IMG/VR virus record: IMGVR_UViG_3300024040_000024
Location: 1 to 43,158 of that record
Source: a virus
Lineage: Duplodnaviria; Caudoviricetes
Direction: 5' to 3' (one strand)
DNA: 43,158 nucleotides
A program made the position numbers and the translations under genes. The notes under the pieces are model-generated. The model ran no database searches, was not told the DNA's origin, and saw only the letters and a list, made by a program, of their open reading frames with translations. Positions 36,387 to 43,158 of the stretch are shown here, in pieces; position 1 is the first letter of the stretch, and each line of letters begins with the position of its first letter.

Positions 36387-36393
36387 GCCGCGT
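36350..36393 (+). repeat. 44-bp gene-junction direct repeat, copy 2
   Basis: see copy 1; a partial third copy GAAGGCGGTGCG..ATGA lies at 36773-36790. Confidence 0.9.
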
Positions 36394-36790
36394 CCTGAAA
36401 CCTGCCGACCTGCATCGGGCCTATAAGGATTGGGCCGCGTTACCCCGCGTCCCTGTCACGCGCCTCTGCCCGTGCCGCTTCCTCGATCCAGGTCAGATGT
36501 CGCTCCATAATCGCAAGGCCCTCCGAATCGAAAGGCGCTTTGCTTTCGACGCGATGGCGAATGTACTCCGCCATGCCTTCAGGATTGTCTGTAAGGCTTA
36601 CGACCGCGCACGCCAGATGATTGAACATATGTTCCATCACGAATACGCGCCGGATCAAATCGTTGATAACCGTCTCATCCATTCGGTTTCTCCTATGTGT
36701 GGTAACCGCAACTCTAATCAGGGTTGTGAAGGAGATGCAACCCGTGCCGGCGGTCATGCCGCCGGCACGGGTGAAGGCGGTGCGGCATGA
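36383..36790 (+). CDS. carrier ORF enclosing an antisense gene and its promoter
   Basis: starts ATGAGCCGCG; ATGA-coupled at both ends; C-terminus is the translated promoter module. Confidence 0.4.
   Translation: MSRVLKPADLHRAYKDWAALPRVPVTRLCPCRFLDPGQMSLHNRKALRIERRFAFDAMANVLRHAFRIVCKAYDRARQMIEHMFHHEYAPDQIVDNRLIHSVSPMCGNRNSNQGCEGDATRAGGHAAGTGEGGAA
36440..36682 (-). CDS. antisense accessory (moron) protein, 80 aa
   Basis: AGGAGA RBS and promoter module copy B; starts MDETVINDLIRR. Confidence 0.7.
   Translation of the reverse strand: MDETVINDLIRRVFVMEHMFNHLACAVVSLTDNPEGMAEYIRHRVESKAPFDSEGLAIMERHLTWIEEAARAEARDRDAG
36677..36771 (-). promoter_or_regulatory. hairpin plus sigma70-like promoter plus RBS module, copy B
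   Basis: perfect 13-bp stem 36741-36771, TTGCAT-18-TAGAGT, AGGAGA, ATG. Confidence 0.75.
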
Positions 36791-36960
36791 AGCAGATCCT
36801 CACCGACCTGACCGCGTTGGCCGCCGTGGTGCTGACCATGGCCGTTATCATCGGCTGGATCATCGTCCTGACGCCGATGGCCGAATCAATGGATGCCGAT
36901 GGCGGCTACGCACCGGACCCGGCGCCGCTGACCGCCCTGATCGAGGGAGGCCGCGTATGA
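36787..36960 (+). CDS. small membrane protein (57 aa)
   Basis: hand-translated MKQILTDLTALAAVVLTMAVIIGWIIVL...; ATGA-coupled at both ends. Confidence 0.6.
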   Translation: MKQILTDLTALAAVVLTMAVIIGWIIVLTPMAESMDADGGYAPDPAPLTALIEGGRV

Positions 36961-37262
36961 CCGTCCGCCCCGAAAAGCCGCATTATATCCTGCTGCGCTG
37001 CGTCGAGCCGGGCGGGCCGTTCGTCCTCAATCAGAGCTACTACGCCCTGAAAGCCCACCGCGCCGGGCCGCACGAAACCTTTTTCGACGTCTGGGTCGAG
37101 GGCGAAATCCGCGTCGAACGCGATACCCGCTTCACGCCGCTCAACCGCAATAACTGGTGGCTGTTCAGCATCCAGCAGCGCGAACGTTTCCATGTGCCGC
37201 CGCCCTGGTCGCGTGTCTGGAACCGCCCCCAGAACTGGCCCCAAAACCGGAGGGCCGCATGA
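36957..37262 (+). CDS. hypothetical protein
   Basis: GGAGG RBS; starts MTVRPEKPHY; coupled to neighbours. Confidence 0.6.
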   Translation: MTVRPEKPHYILLRCVEPGGPFVLNQSYYALKAHRAGPHETFFDVWVEGEIRVERDTRFTPLNRNNWWLFSIQQRERFHVPPPWSRVWNRPQNWPQNRRAA

Positions 37263-37441
37263 CGGATCATCCTGTCGAGGATCACGAACAGCCGCTCTAT
37301 GCGCCGCCCTATCCGGAGCCTGACGTGCCCGTCGATCACCGCTACCGGGCGCAGGTCCTGGGCCTGCTGACCGCCGGATGCCTGTTCTTTTTCGCCGGCG
37401 TGGCCTGGCTCGCCTCGCTGCTGTGGATCGCCTTCACCTGA
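37259..37441 (+). CDS. small membrane protein (60 aa)
   Basis: GGAGGG RBS; C-terminal TM segment. Confidence 0.6.
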   Translation: MTDHPVEDHEQPLYAPPYPEPDVPVDHRYRAQVLGLLTAGCLFFFAGVAWLASLLWIAFT

Positions 37442-37488
37442 CCGCCTCCGCGCGCCGGGCCTGCCCCCTGAGCCGGCGCGCGTCACCG

Positions 37489-37531
37489 GAGCGGCGGAAA
37501 TCCCACCCCCCCTGATTTTCGCCGCTCTTTT
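37489..37531 (+). terminator. intrinsic terminator-like hairpin
   Basis: GAGCGGCGGAAATC...GATTTTCGCCGCTC followed by TTTT. Confidence 0.55.
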
Positions 37532-37556
37532 CCCCTCCACCCACCGGAGACTCCAA

Positions 37557-38492
37557 ATGGACACCGAAACCACCACACCCCAGGATATCACACCGAAGTC
37601 ATGGGCGATGAATATCCGCGCCATGGCCGGCGAAGGCACGCTGCGTCAAAAAGTCTGGAACAAAGACGGCGAAGGCAAGCACATCGCCTGTATCCTCGGC
37701 GCCGCCCGCAGCGATATCATGTCCGTCGATCAGGTGCCTTGCGCCGCCCTGTGTATGCCGCCATGGCTGGCCCGCATCACGCCCGACATGTTCGACGCGC
37801 TGCCCGCCGCGGAAGCCGTCGATTACGCCCTGCGCTATGCCGATGTCATCGAAGGCTGGTGCGTCCTGACCCCGCGCGCCTGGCGGCGCATCGATATCCG
37901 CTTCCGCGCCTTCTGCACCCGTCAGGCGCTCGACGCCGCCCGCCTGCGCCATGCCCAGGCCCCGCGTTCGGAAAAGGAATACTGGCTCAAGGTCAGGGCT
38001 GTTTGTGAGGCCACGGCCACCATGCTCGAAGAGCAGGCCGGAGAGGTTCATGGGCCAGGCGAAGCGGCCCATGCATCCGATGCGGCCTATGCGGCCCGTG
38101 CTGCGGCCTATGCGGCCCGTGCTGCGGCCTATGCGGCCGATGCGGCCGATGCGGCCGATGCGGCCCGTGCTGCGGCCTATGCGGCCGATGCGGCCGATGC
38201 GGCCCGTGCGGCCTATGCGGCCTATGCGGCGGCCTATGCGGCGGCCTATGCGGCCCGTGCTGCGGCCTATGCGGCCGATGCGGCCTATGCGGCCGATGCG
38301 GCCTATGCGGCCGATGCGGCCGATGCGGCCTATGCGGCCCGTGCGGCCTATGCGGCCCGTGCGGCCCGTGCGGCCGATGCGGCCTATGCGGCCTATGCGG
38401 CCCGTGCGGCCCGAAAAGATCAGTTCGATCAGATCATCACCCTGATCGCCGGTGAAATTGCCGAAGCCGCGACATATCCGGGTGGTTCGTGA
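37557..38492 (+). CDS. Ala-rich repeat protein
   Basis: GGAGA RBS; globular N-terminus, then about 115 aa of AA(Y/D/R) repeats. Confidence 0.8.
   Translation: MDTETTTPQDITPKSWAMNIRAMAGEGTLRQKVWNKDGEGKHIACILGAARSDIMSVDQVPCAALCMPPWLARITPDMFDALPAAEAVDYALRYADVIEGWCVLTPRAWRRIDIRFRAFCTRQALDAARLRHAQAPRSEKEYWLKVRAVCEATATMLEEQAGEVHGPGEAAHASDAAYAARAAAYAARAAAYAADAADAADAARAAAYAADAADAARAAYAAYAAAYAAAYAARAAAYAADAAYAADAAYAADAADAAYAARAAYAARAARAADAAYAAYAARAARKDQFDQIITLIAGEIAEAATYPGGS
38064..38414 (+). repeat. tandem 9-bp repeat GCGGCC(TAT/GAT/CGT)
   Basis: roughly 35 units with occasional extra Ala codons. Confidence 0.95.
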
Positions 38493-38526
38493 ACAAACGC
38501 CCGCCCACCAGCCCCATCGACACCCC

Positions 38527-38559
38527 CCGTTCCGGCTAAATCGCCGGAACGGTTCTCTT
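38527..38559 (+). terminator. hairpin terminator
   Basis: CCGTTCCGGC-TAAATC-GCCGGAACGG followed by TTCTCTT. Confidence 0.55.
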
Positions 38560-38597
38560 AACCCACCCAAACCGGCCCCAGCCTTTCAGGTGAAACC

Positions 38598-39239
38598 ATG
38601 TCCCTCGCTGTCGCACTGGATCAACCCACCGAATACGATCGCGCCGTCGCATATACCCGGCACAAGCCGTCCGTCACGGCGAAGCTGATGGCCCGTGATC
38701 TCGGCATCGCGCCCACGGTTGCCAAGGGTTTCATGGCGCGCATGGCGCAGGAAAAGATCATCGCGCCGCCGAACGATCTCGGCCGGGCGCTGGTCATCGC
38801 CGCGCCCCGGTCCTATGAGGAACTGTCAGCCCGCAGCGGCGAACTGGCCAGTCTCGCCATGGCGGTCAGTGAAACGACAGGCATCCCGCCGACGCGGCTG
38901 GTTGGCGCCGCCATATCCGGCGATCTTCAGGATATTCATGACGCCAGTCTGGCGGCGGATGAATCGGCCATTCCCGATAACACACCGATGGCCGATAACG
39001 TGATGTCCGGCGCCGCCCAAACCCGTCTGCGCACCATCGTCGAGCGCATCGAGCGGCTGGAGGAAGACAAGGCCGGCATCATGGCCGACATCAGCGAAGT
39101 CTATACCGAGGCTAAGGGCGAGGGCTTCGATGTTAAAATCCTGCGCAAGGTCATACGCCTCCGCAAGATGGATAAGACCAAGCGTGATGAGGAAGAAACC
39201 ATACTCGATCTGTACATGACCGCGATAGGGGATAGGTGA
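38598..39239 (+). CDS. gapR: GapR (DUF2312) protein with N-terminal FtsK-gamma-like winged helix
   Basis: C-terminal RLRTIVERIERLEEDKA..I.EVY.EAKGEGFDVKILRKVIRLRK; N-terminal YDRAV...MARDLGI...A..M..M....II. Confidence 0.85.
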   Translation: MSLAVALDQPTEYDRAVAYTRHKPSVTAKLMARDLGIAPTVAKGFMARMAQEKIIAPPNDLGRALVIAAPRSYEELSARSGELASLAMAVSETTGIPPTRLVGAAISGDLQDIHDASLAADESAIPDNTPMADNVMSGAAQTRLRTIVERIERLEEDKAGIMADISEVYTEAKGEGFDVKILRKVIRLRKMDKTKRDEEETILDLYMTAIGDR

Positions 39240-39559
39240 TGGCTGTATCCCATATTCGGGCCATCCTTCTAGCGCGTGCCAACCGACTGGCTCATCACAC
39301 CTCATTCCTGACTGATCAAGAACTACTGGTCTATGCAGTTGAGCAGGCCACCGGTCGCAAGCGAGTTACTGTATGGCAAGCTGTCGAGTTCGCCGAAGGC
39401 GTCTTCTTTGCAGAAAGTGCGAAAAATTCAACTTGTGCAAATAATGCACAAGTTGGAGGGACATGCTGTACATGCCCCAAACGACCGAACAAGCCGCCCG
39501 CTACAGGATACTGGAAGTGCCGTGATTGCGCCGCTCAATGGTCTTGGGAGGGCGAATAG
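39236..39559 (+). CDS. hypothetical Cys-rich protein
   Basis: C-terminal CTCP...WKCRDC Zn ribbon; lower GC. Confidence 0.55.
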   Translation: MMAVSHIRAILLARANRLAHHTSFLTDQELLVYAVEQATGRKRVTVWQAVEFAEGVFFAESAKNSTCANNAQVGGTCCTCPKRPNKPPATGYWKCRDCAAQWSWEGE

Positions 39560-39888
39560 TGCCTGAAATCCTGATCAGCTATTTCGATTGGTCGCCATCG
39601 CCAGTCCCATGGGAAGCGCTGTTGATTGCGCCGCTGGCGGCGCTGAAAACCGTCCTGACACGGATCGAACGCGCGCCGCACCAGATCGCCTTTCGCCCGT
39701 TCGCGCCGGCCTTCGCCATTTATGCCCGCCTGCCGGACATGACGGACGATGACGGCAAGCCGCTCGCCGTGCCCTTCGCGGTCATCCATTCGGGCATGAC
39801 CCAGGCCGAAGCCGAAACCCTCAAAAATCAACTCAAGGCGGAACGCTGGACACCCGCCGCCGCAGATATCTTCAAGGAGGCCGCATGA
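39559..39888 (+). CDS. hypothetical protein
   Basis: GGAGGG RBS before GTG 39559; coupled to neighbours. Confidence 0.6.
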   Translation: MPEILISYFDWSPSPVPWEALLIAPLAALKTVLTRIERAPHQIAFRPFAPAFAIYARLPDMTDDDGKPLAVPFAVIHSGMTQAEAETLKNQLKAERWTPAAADIFKEAA

Positions 39889-40736
39889 ATACCTATACCA
39901 CCCTCCGCCAGGCCAATGCCGCGCGGCAATCCCGCTGGGACGCCGGCAACCGGATCACCCTGGCCTATCGCGCCAATGAAATGGCGGGTGAGGTCGGCGA
40001 GGCCTGCAATATCGTCAAGAAACTCGAACGTGAGCGTCTGGGGCTGAAAGGCAGCCGCGCCAGTCTTGACGATCTGGCGCTTGAACTGGCCGATGTCGTG
40101 ATCACCGCCGATCTGGTGGCGATGTCGGAAGGCATCGATCTTGATCGCGCTGTCGCCGCCAAGTTCAACCTGACCTCCGAGAAGGTCGGCTTCCCCGAAC
40201 GTATCGCATGGCCAGGCGTCTCCATGCCAGCACTGACCGCCGGTCTGCAAACCTATGCCAGCGCCGAAGATATGCGCGCCTGGGCCAGGGCGATCATGCA
40301 AAGGCCGCCGGATTTCATCATCGGCGACAACTATCTGCGCCGCTGGTGGATTGTGCCGCGCAACGAGCAGCAGAATGTCTATCTGCACGAAATCCTGCGT
40401 AGCGACGATGACCGCGCTCTGCATGACCACCCGTGGCCGAATACTTCCGTCGTCATCGAAGGCGAATACATCGAGCACACGCCGCACGGCAGCTTTGTCC
40501 GCCAGGCTGGCGCTATCGTCTCGCGCCAGGCCACCGATGCTCACCGCCTCGAAATCCCCGAAGGCGGCCGGGCCGTCTCCCTGTTCTTCACCGGCCCAAA
40601 GGTCCGCGACTGGGGCTTCTATTGTCCGCAAGGCTGGCGGCCGTGGCAGGAATTTTGTTCACCGACAGACAGCAGCAAGGCAGGCATCGGCTGCGGTGAA
40701 CACGCGCCACTCACTCCTGAACAGAGGGCGGATTGA
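39885..40736 (+). CDS. MazG-like nucleotide pyrophosphohydrolase fused to a cupin-like domain
   Basis: [20 protein letters not shown] followed by [28 protein letters not shown]. Confidence 0.8.
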   Translation: MNTYTTLRQANAARQSRWDAGNRITLAYRANEMAGEVGEACNIVKKLERERLGLKGSRASLDDLALELADVVITADLVAMSEGIDLDRAVAAKFNLTSEKVGFPERIAWPGVSMPALTAGLQTYASAEDMRAWARAIMQRPPDFIIGDNYLRRWWIVPRNEQQNVYLHEILRSDDDRALHDHPWPNTSVVIEGEYIEHTPHGSFVRQAGAIVSRQATDAHRLEIPEGGRAVSLFFTGPKVRDWGFYCPQGWRPWQEFCSPTDSSKAGIGCGEHAPLTPEQRAD

Positions 40737-41210
40737 TGGCCGGTGTCAACAAAGTCATCCTGGTCGGCAATCTGGGCAAAGACCCGGAAATCCGCACGTC
40801 AAACAGCGGCGACAAGATCGCCAACCTGACCGTGGCCACCTCCGAAACGTGGCGCGATAAGCAGACCGGTGAGCGTAAGGAAAAGACCGAATGGCATCGC
40901 GTCGTCATCTTCAATGACGGCCTGGCCAAGGTCGCCGAAGAGTATCTGCGCAAGGGATCGACGGTCTATCTCGAAGGCCAGCTCGCCACCCGCAAATGGA
41001 CCGACCAGCAGGGCAATGACCGCTATTCCACGGAGGTCGTGCTGCAACGCTATGGCGGCAACCTGACCCTGATCGGCGGCCGCCGTGACGGCGCCGGCCG
41101 ATGGCCCCGATGACTATGACCAGACACGCACGCGCGGGATCAGCAATGGCGAAGCTCATCGCGCCGCGCCCGGCGAACAATTCCCGCTTGATGATGAAAT
41201 CCCGTTCTAG
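40736..41210 (+). CDS. ssb: single-stranded DNA-binding protein; frame 0 stops at 41113, acidic tail in +1 frame to 41210
   Basis: [15 protein letters not shown] and [11 protein letters not shown] fold; LDDEIPF* in the +1 frame. Confidence 0.9.
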
Positions 41211-41219
41211 GAGGGCGAT

Positions 41220-41729
41220 ATGAGCGACGGTAATTTCAAATGGTGGTTCACCCTCTATGAAGATGGCGAGTATTGGGATGGTCCCTATGACACGCGAGAC
41301 AGCGCGATCATTGCCGGGCATGACGTCTATGGGGAAGCCGAACCGTTTTACATCTGTGAGGCCGATAAAGCGCTATATTCCTTCACCGGCTTGTTTGACG
41401 GTGATTATGATGACGATCTGGCGCCGGCACTGATGGTAATCGATGCCGACTACGTTCTTGAGCGATGGGCGGAGACTGACCAAGCGATCAATAAGGATGG
41501 TTGGGAAGAGGGTGATTTCACGGCCGATGATTTGGAGGCCCTGACAAACGCCCTGCACGCCGCCCAACTGACGCCCTCACCGAACCCCGATTCAAGCCGC
41601 CCGCGCGCAGACGCCCTTTCCATGGCGTTTCAAAACTGGGCGGAACCCCGGCGCGTCAAATTTGGCGCCGTCTTTGTGTTCGGCAAGGTTCGTAACCATG
41701 AAAAGGTCGAGGGGCAAGTCACCCCATGA
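41220..41729 (+). CDS. acidic hypothetical protein
   Basis: GGAGGG RBS; GPYDTRDSAI motif. Confidence 0.7.
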   Translation: MSDGNFKWWFTLYEDGEYWDGPYDTRDSAIIAGHDVYGEAEPFYICEADKALYSFTGLFDGDYDDDLAPALMVIDADYVLERWAETDQAINKDGWEEGDFTADDLEALTNALHAAQLTPSPNPDSSRPRADALSMAFQNWAEPRRVKFGAVFVFGKVRNHEKVEGQVTP

Positions 41730-42088
41730 CCCCAGCTGACCAACTCCCCATCCTGATGAAGGAAGCCCGCGCCGCCGCCGAACTGGGCATATCGATCGAT
41801 ACGCTGCAGCGCATCCGCCTGCGCGGTGAAATCGCCTATCGCCGGCTGGGCCGGCGCATGATCCGCTACACCCCCAAAGACCTGCTCGAATACCTGGAGA
41901 ATCAGAAGACATGCCAACCGAAGACCGAATCAGTGAAATCGGCGGTTTCTGGCTCTCGAAGCGGGAGCGGTCGCCGTTCTGGCATATCACCTGGTTCGAC
42001 GCCGGCCGCCGCCAGACCCGACGCCTCAGCACTGGCGAGCGCGATCTTCGCCCCGCAGAAATCGTCCTCGCGCAGCACGTCGCACTGA
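41726..42088 (+). CDS. xis: excisionase-like HTH protein
   Basis: AAAELGISIDTL..G.I.Y..LG.R.IRY...DL.EYL; overlaps the int 5' end. Confidence 0.75.
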   Translation: MTPADQLPILMKEARAAAELGISIDTLQRIRLRGEIAYRRLGRRMIRYTPKDLLEYLENQKTCQPKTESVKSAVSGSRSGSGRRSGISPGSTPAAARPDASALASAIFAPQKSSSRSTSH

Positions 42089-43158
42089 ATTCCGCGCCGC
42101 GCGATGAAAAGCCGGCGGACGCCCTAATCGCCGATGTGCTGATGCGCTACTGGCTGCACCACGCCCGCCATAAGCCCAGCCACGAACAGGCCCGCGTCGC
42201 GCTGGCCCTGTGGAACGAATACTGGGGCAACAAGACCGTCTCGGATATCACGCCCCACGAACAGATCCGCTTCGTCGCCTGGCTGCGCGAATACCGTCAG
42301 AACAATCCCCGCAAGGGCCGCACCGACGCGCCGATGACCACCGGCTATATCAACCGTGTCCTGACTGTCGGCCGGGCGGCGCTCAACCGGGCGCAGAAGC
42401 TTCAGGAACTGGCGGCTGCGCCGTTCATTTTCCCCGCCGAAGGCAAGGGCGATAAGCGCAAACACATCAAACTGAGCAAGGATCAGTTAAAGGCGCTGAT
42501 CATGGCCGCGCTCGACTACCAGCCGCATATGGTGCTGTTTATCCTGATATCGCTGAATACCCTGGCCCGGCCGGAAGCGGTGCTGGAACTGGCGCCGCAA
42601 CAGACCGACCACAACGCCCGCCTGATCGACCTGAATCCGCCGGGGCGGGCGCGCACCAAAAAAGGCCGGCCCATCGTGCCGATGACGGATACCATCTTTC
42701 CATTCCTGACCAGCGAGACACCGGAAGACGAAACCGAAGAAGAATACCAGGGCCGCATGGAACGGCCGTTCATCTTGTGGCACGGCAAGCCGGTCAAAAG
42801 CATCAAGCGCGCCTTCGCCAAACTGGTGAAGACCGCCAACCTGCCCGAAGGCACCACGCCCTACAGCCTGCGCCACACCATGGCCAGGGAACTGCGCACG
42901 CGCGGCGTGCCGTGGGAAGAAATTCAGGGGATGCTTGGCCACAAGATCAGATTGGACGATTCATCCAGCGCCACCGAGGCCTATGCCGAATACGACCCCA
43001 ACTATCTCAGCCTGGGCCGCAAGGCTATCGATGCGCTTTTTAAAGAACTCTGCGTGCCACTTGCGTTGCACTCCGGGAAGATGGACCTCACCAAACCCTT
43101 AAAGGGAATGGTGGGCGCTACAGGGATTGAACCTGTGACCCCTACCATGTCAAGGTAG
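41911..43158 (+). CDS. int: tyrosine recombinase (integrase)
   Basis: LARPEAV (R), RTKK (K), YSLRH, MLGH and AYAEY catalytic motifs. Confidence 0.93.
   Translation: MPTEDRISEIGGFWLSKRERSPFWHITWFDAGRRQTRRLSTGERDLRPAEIVLAQHVALNSAPRDEKPADALIADVLMRYWLHHARHKPSHEQARVALALWNEYWGNKTVSDITPHEQIRFVAWLREYRQNNPRKGRTDAPMTTGYINRVLTVGRAALNRAQKLQELAAAPFIFPAEGKGDKRKHIKLSKDQLKALIMAALDYQPHMVLFILISLNTLARPEAVLELAPQQTDHNARLIDLNPPGRARTKKGRPIVPMTDTIFPFLTSETPEDETEEEYQGRMERPFILWHGKPVKSIKRAFAKLVKTANLPEGTTPYSLRHTMARELRTRGVPWEEIQGMLGHKIRLDDSSSATEAYAEYDPNYLSLGRKAIDALFKELCVPLALHSGKMDLTKPLKGMVGATGIEPVTPTMSR
43109..43158 (-). tRNA. 3' half of tRNA-Val(GAC), the att site (truncated by the window edge)
   Basis: reverse complement CTACC-TTGACAT-GGTAG GGGTC ACAGG-TTCAATC-CCTGT AGCGCCC ACCA gives anticodon arm, T arm and CCA. 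Confidence 0.92.

Larger units (their letters stand above)
1087..43158. mobile_element. temperate prophage (HK97-type head, long non-contractile tail) integrated at tRNA-Val
   Basis: complete ordered lysis, tail, head, packaging, replication, immunity and integration modules. Confidence 0.97.

Noticed and set aside
38064-38414. CRISPR array or DGR template interpretation of the 9-bp repeat
   Set aside because: No unique spacers, no cas or reverse transcriptase gene in the window, and the repeat is in-frame coding
37599-38570. GRI-repeat (minus) and MRP-repeat (37951-38445) ORFs
   Set aside because: Alternative-frame products of the tandem repeat with no RBS or operon context

Overview
Nearly complete ~42 kb temperate siphovirus prophage of an alphaproteobacterium (GcrA and GapR homologues and high GC suggest a Caulobacterales-like host; inference). 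The right end is a tyrosine integrase whose last codons run antisense into the 3' half of a tRNA-Val(GAC), the att site. The left end carries an internally deleted IS1595-family element, and the second att copy is not in the window. The minus strand runs cro, cII, gcrA, SNF2 helicase, two DNA methyltransferases, primase and P4/D5 primase-helicase with an iteron origin, HNH, terminase, HK97-type head, tail (with a -1 frameshifted chaperone), fibres/spike and lysis. The plus strand runs cI, three low-GC accessory genes and the pL early operon (GapR fusion, MazG-cupin, SSB, xis, int). The most unusual signal is a set of nested antisense cassettes in both early operons: three ORFs start with ATGAGCCGCG, are ATGA-coupled to neighbours at both ends, and stay stop-free across a complete opposite-strand gene. 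Two of them share a 95-bp hairpin-promoter-RBS module (80/95 identical, inverted orientation), and one is flanked by 44-bp direct repeats. Other notable items are a stand-alone paralogue of the primase C-terminal winged-helix as first pL gene, an SSB whose DDEIPF tail lies in the +1 frame, and a G9 tract upstream of a methyltransferase. All family assignments come from motif recognition by eye; no database search was run.
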